NCBI GenBank assembly: GCA_036567525.1 | Contig: DATCUG010000626.1 | Location: forward strand, 1 to 36,886 | DNA from: Streptosporangiaceae bacterium | Lineage (GTDB): Bacteria > Actinomycetota > Actinomycetes > Streptosporangiales > Streptosporangiaceae | DNA length: 36,886 nt | Direction: 5' to 3' | Shown: positions 24,851 to 33,052 of the stretch, in pieces | How positions within the stretch are numbered: the first letter of the stretch is position 1 | How the letters are laid out: the number at the start of each line of letters is the position of its first letter | The notes under the pieces: model-generated | The model's database searches: none | What the model was told of the DNA's origin: nothing | What the model saw: the letters and a program-made list of their open reading frames with translations, nothing else | Position numbers and translations under genes: made by a program

Positions 24851-25094
24851 GCACATGTGACGCGGCTGGTGGCCATCTGGTTCCACGCTAGATCCCGTGA
24901 TTCGCGGGGGACACTATTGCCAGCCTGATCACTAATCCAACATGGTTCCCATAATGCTCAGTTGTTCGGCTGCTGGTGGGCCGCTGGGCTCTTGCGGCCT
25001 TTCGGCCAGACCGGTAAGAAAGTGAACGGGCGTCGACTGGGGAGCGGCCTGGGTTCCCGAGCGGGGGGCACCTTCGGGTGGAAAGGGCTGCAAC

Positions 25095-25973
25095 ATGTCT
25101 GGGTCACGTCTTCTCTGGTTGCTGCGTATCTGCTCGGCGGGACTGGGCCTGGCTGGCCTGGTGCTGCTGGCCACACCGGCCAGCAGCACGACGGCTACCC
25201 GGCCGGCCAGCCGGTACAACGTTGGTGCGACCCACTCGCCGCAGTTGCTGCGTCAGCTGGCGGGCGGCAGCGGCCCGGCGTCCGGCGGGCTCCGGGCGGC
25301 TGTCGCGGGCCGGCTGGCCGGAGCGCGGCAGGGCGTCGACGTGGCGGCCTATCAGCACCCCGGCGGTGCACCCATCAACTGGTCCCAAGCTGCGCAGGCC
25401 GGGATCAGCTTCGCCGCGGTCAAGGCGACCGAGGGCACCTACTATCAGAATCCCTACGCGCTCAGCGACATCGCCGCGGCGCAGGCGGCTGGGCTGTCCG
25501 TGGGCGCGTACGCGTTCGCCATCCCGAACGGGAACGGGGGCAGCGGCAGTGCGGTCGCCCAGGCGGACTACCTGATCAGCTACCTGGGCCCACTCAGCAC
25601 CAGCGTGCCAATCATGCTGGACATCGAATTCAATCCCTATGCCGGTGGCACCTGCTATGGGCTCAGCCCTACCCAGCTCGTCTCCTGGGTATCGGCGTTC
25701 AGTGCCGAGGTACTGGCCAAGACCGGCCACGCCCCGTACGTGTACACCGCGCAGGGGTTCTGGGACCCATGCACCGGCGGCAGCGCCGCGGTGGCGACGG
25801 ACCCGCTGTGGGTAGCCAACTACACCACCGCGACCAGCCCGGCTCTGCCGGCCGGCTGGGCTGACTGGACGGTCTGGCAGTACTCCAGCACCGGGACGGT
25901 AAGCGGGATCGATGCCCCCGGGTCTACCGATCTGGACCAGCTTCAGCCCGGCCTGACCTCGCTCGGCCCCTGA
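25095..25973 (+). CDS. Secreted GH25 muramidase (lysozyme), paralog 1
   Basis: Signal peptide. GVDVAAYQHPGG.INW......GISFAAVKATEGTYYQNPY and the catalytic DxE block IMLDIEFNPY, then WVANY...LPAGW..WTVWQYS..G.V.GI....DLDQ. This is the GH25 (Cellosyl-type) pattern. Confidence 0.88.
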   Translation: MSGSRLLWLLRICSAGLGLAGLVLLATPASSTTATRPASRYNVGATHSPQLLRQLAGGSGPASGGLRAAVAGRLAGARQGVDVAAYQHPGGAPINWSQAAQAGISFAAVKATEGTYYQNPYALSDIAAAQAAGLSVGAYAFAIPNGNGGSGSAVAQADYLISYLGPLSTSVPIMLDIEFNPYAGGTCYGLSPTQLVSWVSAFSAEVLAKTGHAPYVYTAQGFWDPCTGGSAAVATDPLWVANYTTATSPALPAGWADWTVWQYSSTGTVSGIDAPGSTDLDQLQPGLTSLGP

Positions 25974-26196
25974 CCATCGGCCGTACAAATCGTACAAATG
26001 ACATGGATTAGCACGTTCTTTTTGGCTGTGCTAATCACACCGTTACCGCCGAGTGGCGCACAGAATGTCCCGAAGTCAGTAATGCGTACCCAAAAGAATT
26101 GCGGTACGGTCGTTTGCAGGGATTGACCTAGATGGCCCGGGGGGTCGGGCGGATTCCCAAAGGGGGAGCACCGGCAGGTGCTGGGAAGGAATGCTC

Positions 26197-27123
26197 ATGG
26201 CTGCGTCACGAGTTCGTTCGCTGCTGCATGCGTATTGGCCCGGCCGGGGGTCGGCGACCGCGACCGCGGGGGCGGCGGCCGCCATGGCACTGGTCACGCT
26301 GGCCGGCCTGGGGGCGCCCATGGCGCTGGCCGGGCCAGCCAGCGCCACGGGCCAGCCGGGTGACCGGTACAACGTCGGCGCCACCCACTCGCCGCAACTG
26401 CTAGCCGAGCTGGCCGGCCCGGCCGGCCCCACGCCCGCACCGCCGGCTAGCAACGCACCCGCCCTGACCGGACTGCGGCGGGGTGTCGACGTGGCCGCGT
26501 ATCAGCACCCCAACGGGGCGGCCATCAACTGGCGGCGGGTGGCCCAGTCCGGGATCAGCTTCGCGGCGGTGAAGGCCACCGAGGGCACCTACTACCGGAA
26601 TCCCTACGCACTCAGCGACATCAGGGCCGCGCGGGCGGCCGGTCTTTCGGTGGGCGCATACGTGTTCGCCATCCCGAACGGCAACGGGGGCCGCCGGGGC
26701 GCCGTGCCGCAGGCCGACTACATCGTCAGCCGTCTGGGGTCGCTCGCCGCCAGCGTGCCGGTCATGCTGGACATCGAGTTCAACCCGTACTCTGGCGGGT
26801 TCTGCTATGGCCGCACTCCGGCTCAGATGGTGAGCTGGGTGACCCGGTTCAGCGCCGAGATACAGGCCAGGACGGGCCGGGCGCCGTACATCTACACCCC
26901 GCAAGGGTGGTGGAACCCGTGCACCGGCGGCAGCGCAGCGCTGCGCAGGAACCCGCTGTGGGTGCCGAACTACACCACCGCGGCCAGCCCGGCCATGCCG
27001 TCCGGCTGGCCCACGTGGCGGGTCTGGCAGTACTCCAGCGCCGGCACCGTGCCCGGGATCCAGGACCCCGGGTTTACCGACCTGGACCGGCTGGCGCGCG
27101 GGGTCACCTCACTCGGTTCCTGA
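26197..27123 (+). CDS. Secreted GH25 muramidase, paralog 2
   Basis: Collinear with paralog 1 along the entire mature region, with well over half the positions identical by eye, including VMLDIEFNPY. ATG at 26197 is preferred over 26191 because of spacing to GGGAAGGA. Confidence 0.88.
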   Translation: MAASRVRSLLHAYWPGRGSATATAGAAAAMALVTLAGLGAPMALAGPASATGQPGDRYNVGATHSPQLLAELAGPAGPTPAPPASNAPALTGLRRGVDVAAYQHPNGAAINWRRVAQSGISFAAVKATEGTYYRNPYALSDIRAARAAGLSVGAYVFAIPNGNGGRRGAVPQADYIVSRLGSLAASVPVMLDIEFNPYSGGFCYGRTPAQMVSWVTRFSAEIQARTGRAPYIYTPQGWWNPCTGGSAALRRNPLWVPNYTTAASPAMPSGWPTWRVWQYSSAGTVPGIQDPGFTDLDRLARGVTSLGS

Positions 27124-27262
27124 CCGGCCCGTCCGCCCGCGTAACACCGGCACCGGCCGCGGCGCTGTTACCCGCGTCCCACTGTGCGCTGCTTTGGGCG
27201 ACTGGTGGGAGAAACGATCACCTCTGGCCCACGATCGTGGGTTGCCTGGGGAGGGAGCCTTC

Positions 27263-29176
27263 GTGCCGGTGTGCGCTCAACGCTGGTTAATGTCCGCCTG
27301 CTCTGCCGTGGCCAGCGTGGCCCTGCTCGGCCTGGCCGCCACTCCGGCTGCTGCGGCCCGCTCAGCCGGGCCAGCCGACCGGGCCAACGTGGGCGCCACC
27401 CACTCGCCGGAACTGCTCAGCCAGTTCCGGAACCGGTCCGGGAACATCCCGCTGACCGGCACCGGGGAGATGGCACCGGCGGTGACCGCCTCGGCCGCCA
27501 GCCCGGCCGACGAGCAGGGCGTGGATGTCGCGTCGTTCCAGCACCCCAATGGCGCCGCCATCAACTGGTCCCAGGTGGCTGGGTCAGGCGTCGGGTTCGC
27601 CGCGGTGAAGGCCACCGAGGGCGCGTACTACCAGAATCCGTACGCCCTGACTGACCTGGCTGGCGCCAAGGCGGCCGGCCTGTCCGTGGTCGCTTACGCG
27701 TTCGCCATCCCGAACGGGAACGGCAGCAGCAACAGCCCGGTCACCCAGGCCAACTACCTGCTGCAGGACCTGGGCAGCTACGCCAGCACCGTGCCGATCA
27801 TGCTGGACATCGAGTACAACCCGTACTCCGGTGGCCAGTGCTACGGGCTCAAGGGCGCCAATATGGTTTCCTGGGTCTCGGCGTTCGACGCGCAGATCCA
27901 GGCCAAGACCGGCCGCATGCCCATCATCTACACGCCCCCGGCCTGGTGGGACTACTGCACCGGAAACAGCACCGGGTTCGGCCGGGACCCGCTGTGGGTG
28001 CCGTCCATCACGACCGGAAGCCCGGTCCTGCCCACTGGCTGGCCGAATTGGGCGGTCTGGCAGTATTCCGGCACCGGGACCGTGGCCGGCATCAGCGGTG
28101 CGGCCACCGACCTGGACCAGGCCAGCGCCACCTTCCTTGGGCTGCTCAACCCGGGCACCCAGGACCAGGCCGCCGGGTCGCCCGCCGGCCTGCAGTTGCG
28201 GCAGGCCATCCCTACTCCAGGCCAGACCGTCAGCTACACCGCGACCGGCCTGCCGCCCGGAGTGACGCTCACCCCGTCCGGGAACCTCACCGGCTGGCTC
28301 ACCCGGGCCGGCAGTTACCCGGTGCAGGTCAGCGCGTCAGATCCGGCCGGGGCCAGTCAGTCGCTGTCGTTCACCTGGACTGTCACCGCGGCCACCGGCT
28401 CGGGACCGGTCGGCCCGGTGCGCTTCGGAGTGGGCGGCCAGTGCCTCAACGACGTAGGCAACCAGTCGGCCAATGGCACCGCCATCGCGCTGGGGACGTG
28501 CAACGGCAGCGCGTCTCAGCAGTGGACCGCGGCCACCGACCGGACCCTGCGCAGTCACGGCAAGTGCCTGTCGGTATCCGGGTCGGCCAAGACGAGCGGG
28601 GCCAAGGAAGTGCTCGAACCGTGCGCGGGCTACGCCAGCCAGCAGTGGACCGTCAGCACGGGCGGGCATCTGGTCAACGGCACCGCCGGGCTGTGCCTGA
28701 GCGGCTCGGCCACCGGCACCAGCGGCAGCCGGGTCTGGATCGGCGCGTGCGCCACCGGGGCCAGCCGGGCCTGGACGCCGCCGGCCGCGCCGCTGCGCTC
28801 CCAGCTCCCTGGCCAGTGCGCGGCCAGCTCCAGCTCCACTCAGGCCGGTGGTGCGGTGGCGCAGATAGCACCGTGCAGCGGGCTGGCCGCCCAGCAGTGG
28901 ACGGCCCAGCCGGACGGGACCGTCCAGCAGGCCGGCCAGTGCCTCGAGGTGGCCGGGGCAGCCACCGCCAGCGGCACCGGCGTGGACGTGGCCACCTGCA
29001 CCGGCGGCCCGGGCCAGCAGTGGGACATCAACCCGGTGGGAGCCGGCCAGCAGCTCGAGAACCCGCAGTCCGGGCTGTGCCTGGCCGACCCCGGCGACAG
29101 CACGGCCAGTGGGACACAGCTGGTCATCGCGGCCTGCACAGGAGGTGACCCGGGCACTGCGTGGCGGCTACCGTGA
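27263..29176 (+). CDS. Secreted GH25 muramidase, paralog 3, fused to an Ig-like domain and two ricin-type beta-trefoil lectin domains
   Basis: GH25 core (GVDVASFQHPNG.., IMLDIEYNPY). An Ig-like segment (YTATGLPPGVTLTPSGNLTGWLTRAGSYPVQVSASD). Six (QxW)-type subrepeats: SQQW, SQQW, SRAW, then AQQW, GQQW, GTAW, each preceded by a G(K/Q/L)CL motif. GTG at 27263 follows GGGGAGGGAG; ATG at 27290 is the alternative. Confidence 0.85.
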   Translation: MPVCAQRWLMSACSAVASVALLGLAATPAAAARSAGPADRANVGATHSPELLSQFRNRSGNIPLTGTGEMAPAVTASAASPADEQGVDVASFQHPNGAAINWSQVAGSGVGFAAVKATEGAYYQNPYALTDLAGAKAAGLSVVAYAFAIPNGNGSSNSPVTQANYLLQDLGSYASTVPIMLDIEYNPYSGGQCYGLKGANMVSWVSAFDAQIQAKTGRMPIIYTPPAWWDYCTGNSTGFGRDPLWVPSITTGSPVLPTGWPNWAVWQYSGTGTVAGISGAATDLDQASATFLGLLNPGTQDQAAGSPAGLQLRQAIPTPGQTVSYTATGLPPGVTLTPSGNLTGWLTRAGSYPVQVSASDPAGASQSLSFTWTVTAATGSGPVGPVRFGVGGQCLNDVGNQSANGTAIALGTCNGSASQQWTAATDRTLRSHGKCLSVSGSAKTSGAKEVLEPCAGYASQQWTVSTGGHLVNGTAGLCLSGSATGTSGSRVWIGACATGASRAWTPPAAPLRSQLPGQCAASSSSTQAGGAVAQIAPCSGLAAQQWTAQPDGTVQQAGQCLEVAGAATASGTGVDVATCTGGPGQQWDINPVGAGQQLENPQSGLCLADPGDSTASGTQLVIAACTGGDPGTAWRLP

Positions 29177-29229
29177 CGTTGCTCACCGCCGATTGCCCGG
29201 CCGGCGCCGTGGCTTGATGGCACCATGAG

Positions 29230-31110
29230 GTGGTGGCCCTGGACCAGCAAACCGGACAGAACCGGGTGGATGCGACTGCGCGCGCGGTGGTGGAAAGCGC
29301 CGCCGATGCCATCGTCGCGTTCAGCACGGATCGCTCGGTGCTGCTGTGGAACCCGGCGGCGGAGCGGATGTTCGGCTGGCCCGCCGCGGAAGTGCTCGGC
29401 CTGGAGCCGCCGATCATCCCGGAGGAGCTGCAAGCCGAGCACAACGCGGTGCTGGAACGGGTGCGCAGCGGCGGCCAGATCTCCTTCGCCACCCGGCGGG
29501 CCTGCAGTGACGGCACGCTGATCGACCTGCGCATCGACACCAGCGCGCTGACCGGCCGGGACGGCGAGATGCTCGGCTGGGTGAACGTCTGCCACCGGAT
29601 CGGCGCGGAGGAAGCGGCCCGGTACCAGATCGCCCAGCGGGCCCGGGTGGTGCGCAGGCTGGGCGACGTGGTGGCCGACATGAACGCGCAGCGCGACCTG
29701 GAAGCCGTGCTGGACCGGATCGCGGCCAGCCTGCGCGAGCTGACCGGCGCCGACGCGGGCGGCTTCGTGCTCATCGAGGAAGACAAGCTCCGTCTGGTCA
29801 GCATGGATGGGCTGCCCGGCAGCCTGCGCGGGCGCACCGCGGACCTGGAGTCCAGCCTGGTCGGGCAGCTGATGCGATCGGGCCAGACGGTGATGATGAC
29901 CACCGGGGAGTCAGGCGAGTTCGACGACCTGATCTGGTCCGCGCTGCCCGGCCTGCACACGATCGCGCTCAGCCTGTCGCACGTTGCGGGCCGCCCCTAC
30001 GGCGGCCTGTACGCGCTGTACAGCGGGCGGAAGGTCGGGCACGTCGAGCTGGAGCTGCTGGAGCTGATGGCCGGGCACGCCAGCGTGGCGCTGGCCAACG
30101 CGATGGCGTTCGAGGAGCTGATCCGGCAGCGGGCCCATGAGCGTGCGGTCATCGACGCCAGCGCGGACGGCATCGCGGTGCTGGACAGCACCGGGCTGAT
30201 CCGGCAGTGGAACCCGGCCGCGCACGACCTGACCGGCCTGTCCGGCCGGGAGGTCACCGGGCGGCCGCCGCCGTTCCCGGTGCCCGAGCCGGGCGGCGGC
30301 AAGCTGACCCACCGGCTGCCCAGCGGCCGGTGGCTGGACGTGCTGTGTAACGAGCTGGACGGCCGCGACGAGCGGGTCATCGACTTCCGGGACGTCACCG
30401 CGGCCAAGGAGCTGGAGGAGGCCAAGGACCTGTTCCTGGCCACCACCAGCCACGAGCTGCGGACCCCGATCACTGTGGTGCAGGGCTTCGCCAGCACGCT
30501 GGCCCGGCGCTGGGACAACCTGGCCGACCCGGAGCGGCGCACCGCGGTGCAGACCATCGCCGACCGGGCCGGCGTGCTCGGCCGCCTGGTCGAGCAGCTG
30601 CTGCTCGGCTCGCGCGCCGGGGCCGACCAGCTCAGCGTCACCAACGGGCCGTTCGACCTGGCCGCCCTGCTCCGCGGCACGGTCATGGCGTTCCGGCCGC
30701 TGTCCGAGGCGCACACGCTGTCGGCCGACATCCCGGACGGGCTGCCGCCCACCTACGGCGATCCGATGGCCACCGACATCATCGTCGGCCAGCTACTGGA
30801 GAACGCGTTCAAGTACTCGCCGAACGGCGGCCCGGTTCACGTGGCCGCCCGGCTGGCCGGGGCGTGGATCGAGGTCAGCGTGGAAGACGAGGGGATCGGC
30901 ATCGCCTCCGGCGACCACGAGCGGATCTTCGAGCGGTTCGTCCAGGGCGAGACCGGCGACCGGCGCCGGTTCGGCGGCATCGGCCTCGGCCTGTACATCG
31001 TCCGCCAGCTGGCCCGGGCCCAGGGCGGCGAGGTGACCGCGTCGTCCAGGCCCGGGCCTGGCGGCACCTGCATGCGGCTGCAGCTCCGCCGGGCCGCGGC
31101 CGGGAACTAG
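29230..31110 (+). CDS. Cytoplasmic sensor histidine kinase, PAS-GAF-PAS-HisKA-HATPase_c
   Basis: PAS-like AVVESAADAIVAFSTDRSVLLWNPAAERMFGW and AVIDASADGIAVLDSTGLIRQWNPAAHDLTG. H-box TTSHELRTPITVVQGF, N-box LLENAFKYSP, G-boxes DEGIGI and GIGLGLYIV. No TM segments seen. An upstream in-frame TGA at 29215 limits the start to 29230 or 29233. Confidence 0.88.
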   Translation: MVALDQQTGQNRVDATARAVVESAADAIVAFSTDRSVLLWNPAAERMFGWPAAEVLGLEPPIIPEELQAEHNAVLERVRSGGQISFATRRACSDGTLIDLRIDTSALTGRDGEMLGWVNVCHRIGAEEAARYQIAQRARVVRRLGDVVADMNAQRDLEAVLDRIAASLRELTGADAGGFVLIEEDKLRLVSMDGLPGSLRGRTADLESSLVGQLMRSGQTVMMTTGESGEFDDLIWSALPGLHTIALSLSHVAGRPYGGLYALYSGRKVGHVELELLELMAGHASVALANAMAFEELIRQRAHERAVIDASADGIAVLDSTGLIRQWNPAAHDLTGLSGREVTGRPPPFPVPEPGGGKLTHRLPSGRWLDVLCNELDGRDERVIDFRDVTAAKELEEAKDLFLATTSHELRTPITVVQGFASTLARRWDNLADPERRTAVQTIADRAGVLGRLVEQLLLGSRAGADQLSVTNGPFDLAALLRGTVMAFRPLSEAHTLSADIPDGLPPTYGDPMATDIIVGQLLENAFKYSPNGGPVHVAARLAGAWIEVSVEDEGIGIASGDHERIFERFVQGETGDRRRFGGIGLGLYIVRQLARAQGGEVTASSRPGPGGTCMRLQLRRAAAGN

Positions 31111-31115
31111 CCGGC

Positions 31116-31904
31116 CTAGTCGGTGGCGGTGGCCGCGGTCGCCGCCAGCTCGCGGAACCGTGGCTCGCCGCCCGAGGCGATCAGGTAGTCGTCCAGAATG
31201 CCCGGCACGTCGTCGCCCGCCTTGACGATCTGGCCCTTCTCCAGCCAGATGATCCGGTTACACGTCTCGAAGATCTCGCTGAGCTGGTGGGCGACCAGGA
31301 ACACAGTGCCCGCCTGCCGGCGCAGCTCGTCGATCCGGTCGTGGCTCTTCCGCTGGAACTCGGCGTCCCCGGTGGCCAGCGCCTCGTCCACCAGCAGGAT
31401 GTCGTGGCTCTTGGCCGACGCGATGGCAAACCGCAGCCGGGATCCCATGCCGGTGGAGTACGCCTTCATCGGCAGGTTGATGAAGTCACCGACGCCGGAG
31501 AACTCCACGATCCGCGGCTTGGCGTCCTTGGCCTCCTGCGGGTTCATGCCCATGGCCAGGCAGCCGAGCACCACGTTCCGCTCGCCGGTCAGGTCGTCCA
31601 GCAGCGCCGCGTTCACCCCGAGCAGCGCGCCGTGCCCGTCGGTGTACACCATGCCCTGCTCCGCGGGCAGCAGCCCGGCGATCGCACGCAGCAGGGTGGA
31701 TTTGCCCGAGCCGTTCCGGCCGATCACGCCGACCGCGTCGCCGCGGTAGGCCACGAACGAGATGCCGCGGATCGCGTGCACCTCGCGGATGGACGGCCGC
31801 CGCTGCCGCTTGATCAGCCGGAGCAGCGCCGTGGCCGCGGTGCCCTTGTCCCGGCCACCGCCGTAGACCCGGTACACCACGTGCAGGTCGTCCACCACGA
31901 CCAT
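31116..31904 (-). CDS. ABC transporter ATP-binding protein, polysaccharide/teichoic-acid exporter type (Wzt/TagH/RfbE-like), without a C-terminal carbohydrate-binding domain
   Basis: Walker A GRNGSGKST, signature-like YSTGMGSRL, Walker B ILLVDEALATGD. The V.DL.VVYRVY N-terminus is typical of the Wzt/TagH subfamily. ATG (complement 31902-31904) sits 7 nt after GAGGA; GTG at 31922, overlapping the permease stop, is the alternative. Confidence 0.85.
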   Translation of the reverse strand: MVVVDDLHVVYRVYGGGRDKGTAATALLRLIKRQRRPSIREVHAIRGISFVAYRGDAVGVIGRNGSGKSTLLRAIAGLLPAEQGMVYTDGHGALLGVNAALLDDLTGERNVVLGCLAMGMNPQEAKDAKPRIVEFSGVGDFINLPMKAYSTGMGSRLRFAIASAKSHDILLVDEALATGDAEFQRKSHDRIDELRRQAGTVFLVAHQLSEIFETCNRIIWLEKGQIVKAGDDVPGILDDYLIASGGEPRFRELAATAATATD

Positions 31905-31914
31905 GGGGCGATCC

Positions 31915-33042
31915 TCAGCCACGGCCGTACCTCGCCTCCGCGCGCCAGAAGAACAGGAAGCCGACGACCACCACCACCACCGCCCAGCCGGCCCCCCACA
32001 GCCACAGGCTGGGGATGCTCGGCAGCGCACTCGCGTGGCAGTACGCGCTGAATGTTGGGTTCTGGCCGGGGAACACCCGGTACAGCCCGCAGTTGTGCCG
32101 GTTGTACGGCAGCGCGCCGGGCAGCGAATTGCGGTACTTGGCCAGCAGCGCCCACCTCACCAGCGTGACGTACACCGCGGCCGGGTTGATCTGCAGCAGG
32201 TAGGCGATGGTCGGGTGGTCGTGCAGCTTGCCGTGCAGGGTCAGGGTCAGGGCCTGCAGGCTGAACAGCACGCCCGAGGTGTAGAACCAGGTCCGCACGA
32301 TGAACGGCAGCAACTGGCTGACGTCGTCGAAGCTGGCCCCCCAGCGGGCCAGGATGAGCCCGCAGCCCACGTTGAAGATGCTCTGCAGGACGAGCACCGG
32401 GATGATGAACAGCCAGTACGGGCTGGGCGGCTCGCCGGCGATGACCACGATGATGAACAGCACCGCGAAGGACAGCACGAGCTGCTGCAGCTCGATTAGC
32501 ACGTAGCCGAGCGGCAGGCAGGCCCGCGGGAAGTACAGCGCCCGGATCAGCGGCAGCGTATCCCTGATCACCTGCGACGAGGTGATGAACGCCCGCTGCG
32601 TGAAGTTGAACACGAACACACCGGTGACCAGGAACGAGACGTAGTCCGGGACGCCCCGGTTGGTGCCCAGCAGCAGCCCGAAGATCAGGTAGTACACAGC
32701 CGCGTTGAGCAGCGGGGTGAGCACCTGCCAGAGCTGGCCGAGCCGGGCCTCGGTGTACATCGCGATGTTCCGCGCGGTGGCGAAGCCGCTGATGAAGTTG
32801 CGCCGCTTCCACAGCTCCTGGGCATAGCTGCGCAGCGGCGGGCGCACCGCGGCCGGCTGGAGCCCATGCTGGAGGGCCAGATCACGCAGTGACCCCGGCG
32901 GTACCAGGTGGTTCTCGTCGGAGCGGTCGACAGTGGCGGTGCCGGCGCTGCCGTCCGCGTCCACCCGGCCGCTCAGCCTGCCCGGCGCGCTTAGCCGGCC
33001 TCGATTGCTCACGACCGTGAGCCTACGGGGGATCTGTCCCAC
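31915..33042 (-). CDS. ABC-2 type exporter permease (Wzm/TagG/RfbD-like) with N- and C-terminal extensions
   Basis: ELWKRRNFISGFATARNIAMYTEARLGQLWQVLTPLLNAAVYYLIFG is the characteristic ABC-2 start, followed by about 6 TM. There is an extra ~90-aa C-terminal region with two Cys and a further TM (LWLWGAGWAVVVVVVGFLFFW). The start is uncertain (GTG 33042 or GTG 33012). Confidence 0.8.
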   Translation of the reverse strand: MGQIPRRLTVVSNRGRLSAPGRLSGRVDADGSAGTATVDRSDENHLVPPGSLRDLALQHGLQPAAVRPPLRSYAQELWKRRNFISGFATARNIAMYTEARLGQLWQVLTPLLNAAVYYLIFGLLLGTNRGVPDYVSFLVTGVFVFNFTQRAFITSSQVIRDTLPLIRALYFPRACLPLGYVLIELQQLVLSFAVLFIIVVIAGEPPSPYWLFIIPVLVLQSIFNVGCGLILARWGASFDDVSQLLPFIVRTWFYTSGVLFSLQALTLTLHGKLHDHPTIAYLLQINPAAVYVTLVRWALLAKYRNSLPGALPYNRHNCGLYRVFPGQNPTFSAYCHASALPSIPSLWLWGAGWAVVVVVVGFLFFWRAEARYGRG

Positions 33043-33052
33043 TCAGCCGGTG

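Noticed and set aside
24887-25094. A cyclic-di-AMP (ydaO-type) riboswitch upstream of the GH25 cell-wall hydrolase genes. GAGCGGGGGGCACC...GGGUGGAAAGG loosely resembles GAGCGGGGGACCCA...GGGGUGAAUC.
   Set aside because: - Only one half-site-like segment is present.
- I could not find the second pseudo-symmetric half (..GGUAGGG.., CCCGAAUCCG.CAGCUAACCUCGUAAGCG).
- The element would run into the start codon.
- It is kept only as an unclassified conserved leader.
- A cmsearch with Rfam RF00379 would be decisive.
29225-29521. An ATG-initiated 98-aa ORF (MRWWPWTSKPDRTGW...) overlapping the start of the histidine kinase gene, with several Trp codons.
   Set aside because: It is out of frame with a clearly supported PAS domain. 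Its sequence is Arg/Trp/Cys-rich with no features, so it is most likely a frame artefact.
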